NCBI RefSeq assembly: GCF_001949145.1
Contig: NW_019091358.1
Location: forward strand, 1,302,961-1,366,960
Direction: 5' to 3'
DNA length: 64,000 nucleotides
Origin: Acanthaster planci
Lineage: Eukaryota
In this document: positions 37,001 to 50,300 of the stretch, piece by piece
How positions within the stretch are numbered: position 1 is the first letter of the stretch
How the letters are laid out: each line of letters opens with the position of its first letter
The notes under the pieces: generated by a model
What the model saw: the letters and a program-made list of their open reading frames with translations, nothing else
Database searches by the model: none
What the model was told of the DNA's origin: nothing
Program-made: the position numbers and the translations under genes

Positions 37001-40000
37001 TCAAAACAAATGGGTTAAAGTGGTCAGAAAGTTCCACAGTTGAGCATCTATTTTATGTTTATACATGTGCATGTTTGCACAAATACATGTAGAATCCCAA
37101 AATTTGCTGGGGCCCTTAATTAATGTGTAGGGTTTCTCACTTCGCTCTTGCATAAAGTTTTGACCGAGGTACATGCATTACATGTATGGCCCCTCTCCCC
37201 TACCACTTTTTAGAAGTCAGTGACGCCCTTAGAAATTTTTGTGGTTCCCCTGACAAATGAGGGCGCTGTTACCGTGATGTCATTACCAGAGGACAATGTT
37301 CATTTTGGGGGGTTTCTATTCATATTGTGAGAGGGAAAAATACTCATTGGAATTACGTGTACATGTACTTGTGAGAGAAGTTTGCTTACTGGCCTGGATT
37401 GAGTCACAGGATTGCACGCACTCTTGACCTGGGGAATTCCTGAAGCTGAAATATAAAGTGCACGATGAAAAGGAAGTTGAAATTTGGAAAACCCCATTGC
37501 ATGTATTTGAATACACTCTCTTGTTTCCCTTGGGAACATACATGTACATGGCATCTACATGCTAATGTGCTTCCCAAAGGAAGTGTCCCAAAATGAACAA
37601 GTATATTCCAGGTTTGCTTCACACTTGGGGGAGAAAGGTTCCAATATGATAAAGTATAGTTAAACCAATACCGAAATATTTTTTACCCGTGTCCAGGACT
37701 AGGTTTCAATATAAAAGGTGGGAGGGACCAGCCACATGTGCCACGTGACCCAGGCATCTTTGTGACCAAGATCCGAGATGATGGAGCGGCGGCAAAGGAT
37801 GGGCGGCTACAGAAGGGGGACAAGATATTGGAGGTAGGCGCCAGAGGAAGTCTGCAGTCACGGTTCTTTCTGCGCTGTAGCGAGCCTTGTTCCCCGAAAT
37901 CTAGCTTGCATGTAATATTCTCTTTATGTCCCGGTACATGAAGTGGCTAAAATCAGGTGAGCTGTAACTCGACTTCCAAAGTCTGCAGATCCGGCATTGT
38001 ATTTCCGGCATACAAGAAGTGTTGCCAGTAGTTTAAAGGAGTTGGATTCCCTTGAGCCATCAAGGTGATGCAGTTGGCTTGTAGATGCACACTCATCGCA
38101 ACAAGCTAGCCTGTGATCAAGGTGCCCGTGGCAAAATGAATAGTTGCTCAAGAGGGAGGAGCTGGAGGAGACTAGTTTGAGCACCAAACCAACGCACGAA
38201 GAAAGACTACACAATGAACCGCACGCACGCCCCACACGCCTTTGCAGTTCTGCCCCACGTAGTTTATGTTTTTCTTTACATTTGCTACCGTTTCGGTAGC
38301 AGATACGATATGTGCGTATGGATAAGTCTCCTCCAATCAAAACGATCGCCTCTGTCATGCATGTAATAAATTATTCATCATTACAATGGCCACGCGCATT
38401 CAACGTGGCGTCCTTTCCAGCAGTGGTGTAAGCTCTAGACAACAATCTCTTTTAGAATTGCCTCAAATATGCAGCACTGAAGTTTGGGATTCCGATCAAC
38501 AAATTGAAACCTTAGAAAATGTTGGCCGTGAAGGCTGTTCTGGAGGGTCAAGACGTACACATGTATTTGTCAATCTTCTAACTGGACATGGCAAAAGTTT
38601 CAATAATACCAGGCCGCACCGTTGTGCAGCGACTTCATGAACGTAAGTAGCCTAGACACACTCAGACTACTTAGCCCCCAAAACACGATTGGTTCAGAGA
38701 AATGTGAACAATTCATAACATTAGCATATTGCATAATTCAGATAAACCTCTGGAAATAAAGCTCCAAATGCACTTGCGGCGGCGTGCACAGATAGTCCAT
38801 GACACACACAGCTCGGCTACTGCATGCACATGCATGGTTAATTTCGGGCTTGCATGCAGTTCGTTGTGTGGTCTTGACTATTCATTTCGCTGTGGGCGCC
38901 TTGATCAAAGGCTACCCAACAAGCATGTGGACTTGAGTTTGAACCTTATGTTGACCATTTCATCAAAACTTTTCCCCTTCTTTAATTTCTTTACCTTTTC
39001 AATCAGATCCCATGTTTAATTTCCACAGATGTTTTTGCTTTCCCATTCTTGGTATTTCATACCCTGTAGGGTTTTTAAAAAGAGAAATAAACTCCAAGAA
39101 CCATTCATTACAGACTGGTCTGGTGCCTGTTTCCAACGCAGCAGATTAGTGTAATGGATTAGACTACAACCAGTCAACAGTTCTGTTACCATAGCTACAG
39201 AATTCCTTTTATTATGCAGTGTTAACCAAACTCTTAAGAATCCTTCTGCACTTACATGTACATGTAATGTGTTGTTGGCGCAGTAACGCGTACATGTATG
39301 TACATGTACATGCACTGTAATTCTGGCTTTTTCCTTCCTGGTCTGAATTCATTGAGCACTGTCAGATCGGTGCTCTCCAAATGTTTGTCAGAAAAAAATA
39401 AGTAGGGCCACTCCATTAGGATTCGGGTCCTCAACCTTCTGCTTACTACATGTACGTGTAGTGCAGAGGATCATGGATTTAGTTCTAGCTACCGTAATAC
39501 AAATTTTTGGACTACACTGAGTACATGTATGCATGAAGTGCGCATACTTAAGTGTGGGTTACAACACATTAAAGTATCATGTGTACTGTGTACGTCACTC
39601 CGATGCATAAAAGCCCCAATCAAGAATGCTCATGTGCATATTGCTCCTGTGCATCGTAACTCATGTACAACTTTTGCTACTGTCCTTAGATCACACGTCC
39701 TATAGATGACCCACATGTAGTGTTTGAAGGCTTTAACCACCTGTTTCCTTTTTCAATTACATGCAGATGTGTTTCACTGTTTGACTGTGTGCACATGTAT
39801 GTACATATACCTGCCAAGGTTTCTTCTTCCCGTGAAGTTTCAAATTATTCAAACCTAAAAGTTTCGAACTGAGAGTACCCTGCAGTATTTTAGGAGGAAG
39901 GGAAAAACAGGCTCTTGCACCCTGAAATTTGGCTTGTTTTGCATGTGAATTTTTGTCAACAAAAATCCTTTATGCAAAAGGATTTTCCAAAGGAGATTTC

Positions 40001-42667
40001 CGTCAAACTGGTATTGTAGCATTCATTTTGTGTACACCTATTTTTAAACCACCTGCAGTCCACAAATGGCTTTGCGTAGAAATTGGAACCTCTTTCCAAA
40101 AGTTATTAGACAGGAAATCAAGGTTTACAACACCATTTTGTAGGTTGTTTGGCCTTCTATTATGTGAATAAATTAGACATTCTAACTTTCACTTATGGTT
40201 CCAGCTTTATTTTGAGGCACACCCGAAATTTGAATATGAGTTTTTCCTTTAGCCATGAACGATATGTACATACATGCATGTACATGGCTGTATATCGTTA
40301 ATTATGTGTCTGCATAATTTGTAATCGCTGAAATACATCTGTTCCGGTACGCCTTTTCTTTGTTTAACCCCGTTTAGAATATTGTGTAAATGTAGGTCAT
40401 GACAGGTAGTTGAAGGTTCAAGATACACGTAACAGGAAATATTAATGGAACAATAAGGACCCTTTTTCAAGTACATTGTAACCTTTCGAGTACGGTAGCT
40501 TTAACCCCACTTACATGACTTACATGTATATGGCCAGTATTGTGATTTACCTGTTCTGACCATTAGCTCATTGCTACTGAATTGACGTTAATACTCTTGT
40601 AGCAAGGGATGCATGCCGTGGCAACTAACTGAAGGCAACTATTCCATGGGGGAAGGTAGCCAGATTTAGATATCCGATGGACATCCAGCAGGCATTGCTG
40701 GGTGCCCCAGTGATCATGAATCATGAGTCAGACTTCAGAATCTGAGGAGTTATTTTAAGTTGGCTCAGGGGAAGGTACAGGTCAACTACTTTTGTTCCTC
40801 TTTGTGATCATGCAGACAGTGTCCTTCTGACGTAAGAGGCTCGAGTTTTAGGGTGGCAAACCTTTTGATTTTGAAAACAGTCAGATGAGCAGTGAAAATT
40901 TGGCATTTTCTCCTTTCTTTTATATTTCTATGAAGGGCCAGTGGGGCTTTGCTTTACATGTATATGTGAGCCACTCTGCAAGAATGAGTCACATGTCGCC
41001 AGAGCTACTTTGAGTTAAAAGCCTTTGAAAGAATCTTGCGCAGTGTTTAAGCGACAGGAATCCTGAACATTTTAAAACTACACAACGTCCATTTTCATCA
41101 CACTCAATTGTGAGTGACGCATCTAAACAAAGAGTTCATATTCCTCAATCTAATGCATGTACAAAGTAAAAGTCAAAAGTGGCTCTAATAACTTGTGACT
41201 CACTTTCACAAAGTGGGTCACATGTATGGCTCTGATAACTTGTGACTCACTTTCACAGAGTGGGTCACATGCATGTTGATGCACACATTGTACATTTACA
41301 GGTACTGGTACCTTTGAAAAGGGGGAAAATTTGATTAAAATTCTCCTCCCCAGCACTGACTACATGTGGAGTATGTACTTGTACGTGTATAGACTTTCAA
41401 GTTGGTTTCCTGTTGCTGAGTGGTATTTTCATGTACCGGGTAGCAAAACCTGCAATTCTGAGGAATTCCTGCAAGTCCTACGACTTTTACATCAGCCTAG
41501 TTTATAATTTACATATTTACGTACATGTTAGTGGCCTGGGCAACTTGAGCACAACTCCTGCACCCTGATCAGCACAGCGGTAATTTGCAAATTGACCTTT
41601 TCCCGAGCGTGACCTCCACTAAGAGCTCAGTCTTGAATGCCATGGTAAACTGTCATCTCTCTTCCTCCCCCGCACTCCTTCCTGTAGATAAATGACAAGG
41701 ATGTGCGGAATGTGCCCCACCAGGATGCAGTCAATGAGTTTGTGAACTCTGGTGAGAAAGTCGTGCTGGTTGTGCAGCATGGCGCTGAAGATATACTGAG
41801 GGTGAGTGGATTTTAGTGATGTGTTGCACCGGCAGGTAACGGAAGTTAAGAGGACAGAGGATCTGAACATGGAGAACTGAACCCAAATTTGTGTGGTGCA
41901 TTTCAAGTTTCAGTGTATTTTGTGCGCTAACTTTTCGTGAAGAGACCATTTCAATTTGGTTTGATTTTGTTTTGATGGTCATTTGAAATTCAAGGCCAGT
42001 GGTAAGGTATCTTGCAGTTTCTCTGGCACACGCGCCAGCCCGTTTGCATTGAGCATGGCAGTGGAAAAGCACACATTTTTGGCTAACCTGTCTTGGGCAA
42101 ATGGGTACTGCATGTATGTTTAATTTTCACGAAATTGGTGCCAAAATGACTGCAAAGAGTTACATACGGGGTTCGGCTCAGGTAAAAAACAAGCACTGCA
42201 ACATTTTTCCCCCGGTTCTTTTAGGATTAAACGTTTAAACCAGATTCAAATTAATAGCTGCCCAGATTAAGTAATTTGGTTGTGATTGCTGCAAGCCAAT
42301 CAGGGGCCCAAAATCACCCACCGGAAGCCTCAGGCTTAAGCCAAAGCTGAGTTGCTAGGTTGGAGAAATCACCCCAGTCCCTTGAACCCCTAGAACCCTA
42401 CTCCCTCTCTCCTCTAAATCATAACTCTCCCGTACTCTGAAAGTTGTCAAATATTTAGCATCATTGCTGAAGACCCTCACTCTGATCCCCCAGCTTATGT
42501 GTGTGTGTCCGTCCTCCTTCCTCTGACAGGAAAAGTACGCCATATCTGAAGCAGCGAAGAAACCCCTCGTCCCGGAGGGCACATCCTGGAAGTGGGTGGC
42601 TGTAGTCGGCGCTGGACTGGCTGCAATAGGGGCAATATATTTCGTCATCAAGTACCGCAAACACTGA
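33963..42667 (+). CDS. SYNJ2BP: Synaptojanin-2-binding protein (OMP25): PDZ domain plus C-terminal tail anchor, 147 aa, 4 exons
   Basis: Exons 33963-34017, 37697-37833, 41688-41801, 42530-42667 (444 nt, phase-consistent). [21 protein letters not shown]...DPGIFVTKI...[19 protein letters not shown]...H.DAV, then TM segment [19 protein letters not shown] and basic tail KYRKH. Confidence 0.95.
35647..35876 (+). repeat. 31-bp tandem repeat, about 7.4 copies
   Basis: Unit ggtcgagttgtctgaagccgaSttggcaaac, head-to-tail with no spacers. Confidence 0.95.
37697..37833 (+). CDS. SYNJ2BP: SYNJ2BP exon 2 (GLGF loop to GDKILE)
   Basis: Canonical PDZ core; ccag acceptor, gtaggc donor. Confidence 0.95.
38107..38914. 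mobile_element. Non-autonomous DNA transposon with long TIRs
   Basis: tagcctgtgatcaaggtgccc..gcaaaatgaatagt..agactacacaatgaac versus gttcgttgtgtggtct..actattcatttcgc..gggcgccttgatcaaaggcta. Confidence 0.65.
41181..41270 (+). repeat. Local tandem duplication (2 x about 48 bp)
   Basis: ggctct.ataacttgtgactcactttcaca.agtgggtcacatg occurs twice. Confidence 0.85.
41688..41801 (+). CDS. SYNJ2BP: SYNJ2BP exon 3 ([15 protein letters not shown]...)
   Basis: PDZ C-terminal half; tgtag acceptor, gtgagt donor. Confidence 0.93.
42530..42667 (+). CDS. SYNJ2BP: SYNJ2BP exon 4 (tail anchor)
   Basis: gacag acceptor; hydrophobic helix, KYRKH, stop. Confidence 0.92.
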   Translation, partial: EKYAISEAAKKPLVPEGTSWKWVAVVGAGLAAIGAIYFVIKYRKH

Positions 42668-43481
42668 GGAAAAGCTAGAATGGGGGGAAAATTGTAGGCA
42701 ATGCTTTCCCTGTTTTACAGATGCACATTTCCAACTCACATACACCGTCTGATCAGATTTCATTTGTTTTAGGTGGATTTGAATATTTGGAAACTACAGG
42801 TTCAAATTGTCAGGTAATCAAAAAAGGCTTTGAATTAGAATGTAATGTACATGTAAATATTTGTAATTACAGGCCAAAAGGATGAATTTCTGGGTCAAGA
42901 GCTTGTAATGCATAACATGTTGCCCAGCGCTTTGACTGAAACTGACTTGGGGATGAAAGAAACGAAGCAAAATTTACTTTTGCTTTTTTTATTTTTTTCT
43001 CAGTGTGTATTCCTACTCTAAGGTGTTCAAATTTTGACGGTAAACCGACGGCGAGTTTGCGATGGATTCCAGAATTATAAAATTATAATGTGTAAATTAT
43101 TTTGTTTTTATGTTCAAGTTGAAGTTTGAATGAATGTAGGCTCGGCTAGTGATGTGCACAGAAATTGGATGAAAATTCCTCATAAGATTAAAAAAAAACC
43201 ACGTAGGGTGTAGTCATTGTGGTGTTCTACCCCTAACGTCTTCGCTGCGTTCTGATAGCGTCGTGTGTTGCTTGGTACTGTCACCAATGTTTGTCAGTTG
43301 GTGCACCTGGCATTTCTTCAGCACTACTTCCCCACAGTGTCATGTACAAGGACATGTAGTGAAAGTCATTCATGATATAATGCCACGTTGGAACAGTCTA
43401 AATTAACAGCTGTGGTTGACTGATGTGCAAACGTGAGTTCATAGCAGTTCTGGGTGGGTTCTCTTACTATGGAAGGCTAAG

Positions 43482-43581
43482 GTCTGTGACTGCATAGTTG
43501 CTAGGTCCCTAATTTTGCCACCTACCATTATATCACAGTAAGCGGCGAAATAAGGGACCTGGCAACTATATGGTCACAGAC
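43482..43581. mobile_element. Small hairpin MITE downstream of the SYNJ2BP stop
   Basis: gtctgtgac..atagttgctaggtccct versus agggacctggcaactat..gtcacagac. Confidence 0.7.
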
Positions 43582-44643
43582 AGTAGTCCTTCTGTGTATC
43601 ACTGATTATTGTTATACATTGTATTAATTAGTAATTTTGAGTTTCACCAAACAGTACATGTATACGTTTGAATGCATGAATAGAAATAAACATATCATTG
43701 ACATTGCAGGGACCCCAGAACTACATGTGAATATGTTCATTTCCAATGTCAACTCCTTTTCCAAATCACCGATCTGTTCTCAAAAACTGAAAACATACCG
43801 GTGATCAACAATGCCCCATCCTCTACTGTGTCTGGTGGATGACATGTTTAGTTTCATATGTTAAATCGTACTGGCCCATACCTACATGTACATGCATGAA
43901 TCTGATAAGAAAAATAAGATAACCAGTAGGATTACAAAAGGAGATGTGCAAACAAGATCTTGAAGCAGAGTAAATCACTAACTAAAATGCTACACTGTGC
44001 GTTATTGGTTGCTTGGTTTCTAGTAACCATTGTATTGCTCACCCTGCTACGATGTTAAAGTTTTGCCCTGTTTTGTAGGGTTGTATGGCCACACCCCCCC
44101 ACCTACCTCCATTTTCAGTTTTATTCGATGTCATGACTGCATGCTTTACTGGTTGAACAACTAAGGGTAAAGCAGTGTAACTTGGATGTTACGATATTCA
44201 AGTGTGTTATGTAACATGGAAAAGAAAGGCTTCATGCTCGACTGTTATTCATCATATATCAGATATTTACTTTGCAAAACCCAAATTAGGATGCCCCGTA
44301 CCCATTAGATTTTCCCTGTTTTAGTTTTCTGCAGCATTTTGTGGCGTCTCCTCTTTGCCAGTGGAAGGTCTTCTTTTGTTATACTTTTTGCAGAATTCTC
44401 AGAGACAGGTGACTTTAAAAGTCGTTTAACACTTTTTTCTATGTTTTGATTGGACTGTTATAATGAAAGTGTTGTTCTAGTTTATCTAGACTTCAGTGCA
44501 GAGATTGAAATTTTAGATCTGATGATTTAGAGTGAAAGAGCACTGAGGTATGTATGAGAGTGTAAAGTTGGAGAAAATTTAAATTTCGAACACCAACCAC
44601 CGATACCTGCATCATTTTTCTCATTTCGGCAAAACAACTGGTG

Positions 44644-44720
44644 GGTATCTTGGCCGAGTGGTTACGCTTGCGGTTATCAGATTGTCAGACGGTGGGTTTG
44701 AATCCCAGAAGTGACTTTTT
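44644..44720 (+). mobile_element. tRNA-derived SINE head fragment
   Basis: A box tggccgagtggtta, B box ggtttgaatccc; no intact cloverleaf. Confidence 0.5.
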
Positions 44721-45121
44721 ATTTTCCCGACGCTTGCTGATAGACAGTTTAAACTCTGTTTACATGTACATGTATGTTGTGTCTTAGATAATCCAGAGAT
44801 TTTTTTTCCTTTAAAAATGATTGTTTTGAAGTCTGGGAGTGGTTTGTATGAAGTGGGATGTACAGCTAGAATGTATTCTCGGTTTGGTTTTGATGCATTC
44901 ATTTATAACTTTGGCCTTCCTTGAGGACTCCTCATAGTCGAAAAAAAGAGAAGATTTTTTATCCATAATCCATTTGTGTATGCTACTGTGTGCACATTTT
45001 TCATCATACATGTAATTGATCCGTCAAGGTAGAATCTCATCAGTGCAGCTTGTGAACTGTTGTCCAATTGCATGAAATAGAAAGCAGATGTGGGATGTGT
45101 AAGATCAGAGACAAACGCTAC

Positions 45122-45180
45122 TTAACCCTAACAGTCCTCAATCCTCCAACAGGTGAGGGATTGAGGACTGTTAGGGTTAA
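45122..45180. mobile_element. 59-bp mini element with telomere-like TIRs
   Basis: Perfect 23-bp inverted repeat ttaaccctaacagtcctcaatcc / ggattgaggactgttagggttaa. Confidence 0.75.
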
Positions 45181-47304
45181 CATACTGTGCGAAATTCCAT
45201 AGGGTTCCCTTAGGGGTGTGGCTCATTCGCATATGGAGATAGGTCAATTACAGTAGTGGTTGAAAGTTTACGTTCACTTGGACTAAAAGTTTCTAATTAC
45301 AGTTTTTAAGCCTGTGCAATATCTTGGCAAACCATTTCTTTTCTGTCGCAGATCGGCCAGCACCTTCACTTTATTTACATGAACCTGATAATGGAGAAAG
45401 GAAATACAGCAAATATTCTGATTGAACAATCTGTACAAGAAGAACAGTTGTCAGGATTAGATAGGTCCTTAAAAAGTATTAAAAACCTTACCGTCCAAGT
45501 TTACACAGACTTTTAACCACAGCTGCATGTGTATGTCTCATGTAGGCAGTTGCCAGTTTGGAAACAGTGCGAAGACAATCTTTTGCTGTCGTTATAAATT
45601 AAATTGAAATTAATGCTTGGTCTTGCAAAATGCATAGCTTGCTCTGTAAAATTCCTCCAGTTTTCAAATCCTTGCCAGAACCCCATAATGTGTGATGGAG
45701 AATTAAAAAAAGGGTGTATTGGACTTACGTGCTATTTGATTTTGTGGTCAAGCTTTTCTTTTTATTTGTTTGGCTCAGACTGTGGTTGGGTGTTACTGGA
45801 GGTAAGTTAGAGATCTGGAAAATACAACCCAGGGTTAGGAAAATGACCCGCAATTGCAGAGAGAAAAAGAACATAGTTAAAACTAAATTGGGGAAGGGGC
45901 ACCGGATTGTTTGGAAAGTAGGTACTGTTTGTGCTGCATATTGATCATTTTAAAGATGATAAATTCCTTAAAGGAGCACAACCCAATCATTAACCCCCTT
46001 TGTAACTATTCTGGGATACATATATGTACATGAAAATTCACGACTGTATAGGTTTAGAAACCCTTTCAAATTACAGCTCACCCCCTTTTAATCACAGATA
46101 ATCCTAGGGGTACCCCTTCCCAATCCAGGGCGGAGGGTTCAAATTTATTTCTCAGTTCCCTGGGACCGACACCAAATGTGACACAGTATGGGTCCATACT
46201 GTCCGCAGGGGGCCGTCATGATCAGTAGGCTCGGTCAGTTACAACTTTTTGTCTGTTTGTAGGCTGACCGTATGACGGATCTTTATTCCTTCTCTAAATT
46301 CTTGGGGGGGGAGGGTGGCACAGACCTCCGAGTTGATTGTGCCCCCATTCCCCTTATACTTATGCCGCTGATGTGACATTGAAAGGCTGATCTGATCTTG
46401 GAAGCTGGGGCCTCGTTTTCAAGGAAGGGGCCCCTTCATTTTCTTCTCCCTCCCGATAAAAAGGGAGGGGTGCACCTCAACCCCTGGATCCACCCCTGGC
46501 CAGATTCACAGCAACAGAGAATCGACGATAGAAACTTCAACTGCGGCCTGGTCCAGCATGTCTATTATACATGTCCAGATTCAGATTAGTAACAGTTCCT
46601 TCAACAACTGAGAACGAAATGATTTCAGCAGTCATTCTTCCCCACAACAACCAGGGACTGGAATCAGCTGCCATAACATCACATTCAGATCAAACTTCAT
46701 CTACATTTAGAAGACAGATAGAAAAGCTGTTTGATTAGATGTCTCTTTGAGTGACCTAAATTGAGTGATGTTCCTGTTGGAGCTGTTCAATCAAATAAAG
46801 ATCACCTCTAAGGAAAATATATGTTTTCTCAATCTGATTTTATCTGTTAAAATAAATATGGAAGCATCCAAATTGAATGCAGTGTCATTTGTTTTTCAGA
46901 GCTCAACTATAACAAGCTAAACAGGGCTTTTTTCCGTTCATGAAAAGATTTATTAATTATTTATTTGAAAGGATAAAGTCAGAGAAAACATGTTTTACTT
47001 AAGTTAGAGGTGCTCTTTAAACTATCCAGATCCAGATAGTATTGATAGTACCGTCATGCTTGCGCCAAACGTTTAAAGAAACGAAACAAATCACATGGAT
47101 GTACAGGAAGTATTACCCATAATGCCCCTGCTGCGATTCGCTGAGTGAGATGGACAGTAGACTTTATGTGCCCCTTCCTGTGTATGGATGTTGTGTATAT
47201 AATACGATCGGAGGAGGAAGCATTTCGTGAATGCGTAAATTTTTACGGCTTTCACTCGACTTAACCAGCAATAATCAACTCCTTTTACACTGACAGGTTT
47301 CAAG

Positions 47305-47335
47305 ATGTTGTCGCAGTCTAATTACCTAGGATTCT
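47305..47335 (+). CDS. UBAC2: UBAC2 exon 1 (MLSQSNYLGF)
   Basis: caagATG, donor gtaagt; phase 1 fits exon 2. Confidence 0.82.
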
Positions 47336-50300
47336 GTAAGTATTTTCACTTCCTGAATAACATTTACTCAGTGAACCTCATCTAGCATGTGTCTAAGCAA
47401 GAGTTCCACACAGACCTATGCCAACCAGCCGGCCTACTGCCTGTCTACGCACTTCAATATTCCATGACGAACTTTGCACAAACCCTTTGAGAGTGGTCTG
47501 AAAATTTCTGTTTTTAAGTAAAAGAGTTGGTAATTTCCCTCCAAAGTTGAACTTTTCTGGGCGTGTTTTGCTTTCTGATGTAGGTATGTTGCAATACATG
47601 GGATTCATGGCCGCCACTTTCTCCTTTCTCCTACCCTAGTCATTCAAGTCCTGGCTGTTTTATTCCTCCATGGTCCTACTGTGATTGGCCCAATTCGCTT
47701 CCATTTCAATGACCAGTCACTGCTGGTAACACAGTAGGCTTAACAGGATAAGTGGTATTTTTTATGAGCTCAAGGAACAAACTCAATTGCAAACTTCTGC
47801 CACAATGACTGTGGAAGGCTTGGGAGACACTTTGGTGATCTAGCAGACATACATTGATGTACTGACCTCGTGTGACCAGACTTTTCGTCATGTTGAGCAT
47901 GTGCACATTAGCTCAACCATGATGCAAATAATGATAATAGGGGAATGGTTACCTGTATGTGTGGACGTTTTACTGCTTTTCACTGAACAAAACATGCATA
48001 GGCCAACTACACGAAGAATGCATCTTACTTGAAAAAAGAGTAGTCTAGACCTGACAGCACCTTTTGCTTTTTTAATTCAACTTAAAATGTAAAAAAAAAA
48101 AGAAAAGAAAAACGTGATGTGAAAGTACTGCTAGGGTCCAAGATTTTGGGACATTTGGTCAGGTTGATGTTTCAGGCATCAGTGCATAATGGGGCATGAC
48201 TCTGGGGCTTGTGGCATGGGGAGAGTACCATGCGCCATAGAGTTGGATTTCCACGTTACTGTAGCTCACTATCAGCGTCAGGTCAAATTTCTGACATGTT
48301 TGACTTTACCGTAGGCTAAGTTAAGTTTCTAAAATGATTTGTAAACCACAATGCAATAAAACAATCAATCCTCGTTAATGAGAGAACCGTTATAACAGCA
48401 TTCTACTTCTAACAAGGAATGTTTTTAGTCCCAATGCTGCTTCTTCATTGTTAATATTTTCTTTCCTAATAATACAAGGTGTTGTCATAATATGGTAATC
48501 TGCAAATTCTGAGGGAGTTTTTATAAACCCCCAAATTTGATTTTCACGATATGTTTTCATTCAAATAGATAAGAATCCCGTCACCAAGGGTCTGTTGACC
48601 AGTGTTGCTTTTCTGTCGACCAGCTTAATTGTTATGGGCCCACGTTACCAGCAGTTCTTTGCGTACACAACAGAATCACTCACAGAAAACTTGGAGGTGA
48701 GAGTGAAAGAGAAATTTATTGAAAGGTGATTTCTGGCAAACATTGCCCTGTTCCATGCATATTTGTGTCATTGTCGTATTACTTGAAGTTTTCGAGTTGC
48801 TGTTTGCAGCAACTGTGTCAACAGTGAGGCTGGCTGCATTAATTGGGGCTCACCAATTCAAAAGTATTCAAGTATATTTGCCAGGATTGCTCTGCCGTTG
48901 GAAACCATTCTGAATGTGCAAACGAATAGCCATTACATAGTGCTTGAGTGTTTATGAGATTATCTTGCAGAGCTACTATACCAAAGGCCTATTTTTTCTT
49001 TTATAATCAAGATGCCATCTTGATCAATTTTCCGACGTACATGTAAATGTTTCCTGCAGTAGTTTTCTCATTGAAACCTGATTGGTGATGATAACGTTGC
49101 TTTTTATTTTCCAGATGTGGAGGTTATTAACAAGCAAGCTGGCATTTCTAGATCCAAGGAATTTATTACTGGGACTGGTGCTTATGTACAATTTCCGTTT
49201 GTTTGAAAAACGATACGGTTCCACCAAATTTGCAGTGAGTGCCTTCTTTTCATTAGACACTAGATGCACAACAGCATAAGCAATGTAGAGATCATTTAGT
49301 GACGGGATGAGAAAGACGCATGGATTTGAGTTTTAAGATGCAAAACCTAGTAACTATTGAAGGGTCACTGTACTAACTGCTTCCCTGAACACAGGATATT
49401 CAGATTTGAGACAAATTAAAGAAATGTTTCATAGCATTCAAAAAAATGTACGCAGAATTAATAAGCCTTTGAAATACTGTATATATGTATCTGTCCTGCC
49501 CAACATGATTTCATTTGGTTAAATTGTTTTGCATTCTGAAATATGTACATCGGGTATTCATGTAGTCATAATCCTCCGCTATTTGCCATCAGGGTCATTC
49601 TATAAATTTGGGATCCAAAAATGTGACCTGTTAGTTCCCTGTTACACCTGACCTGTGACCTCTTTAATTTGACATCAGAATATCAATGAAATTGACTTCA
49701 AATTATTTTATTTTATTTGATGTGCCGTGGTGTCTGGAGGGGAATGTAATTTGAACCCTTGTGCTTTTTTTTCCTTTCCCCTTTGTAGTCCTACCTGTTT
49801 GCCAACGGAGTGATGACCACATTTTTAGAACTGGCCGCACTATTTGTCTTTCAGAGTTTCCAACAGGGTAACATCCCATTACACTGGAGCCAGGGACCGT
49901 GAGTTGTCCGATGTTCTATTCTTAACCACTTCATGCCGGATAATGTGTGAATACACAGAGATTTACTGTGTCGCAATTGACAGGATGTTTAAACAAATTG
50001 TGGCAAATTCTGTATGTGATTCCCCGTGATGCCTCCTCGCAATATTGATCCCTGACATGGTCTTGGAGGTTTGAAGAAGCAACAAGGTGGTGAAAAATGT
50101 CTGAAGGTCTTGAAGAAATGACCACCAAGGGTCAGCATTTTTAAGGTCCAAATGTGTAAAGACTGTGGTTGTGGTATTTTGTCATTTTCAAAGTCGGTAT
50201 TTTCAGACAAAAATAATAGTACCATGCCCAGGACAAGTGCGGCGTGAAGTGATACCAGGTGGTAAGAATGTCTTTGGAGCATCGTGCAAAGCCATTCTGA

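Noticed and set aside
44644..44720. Possible tRNA gene (also 10280 and 53070-53148)
   Set aside because: A and B boxes are present but there is no pairing acceptor or anticodon stem; better explained as SINE heads.
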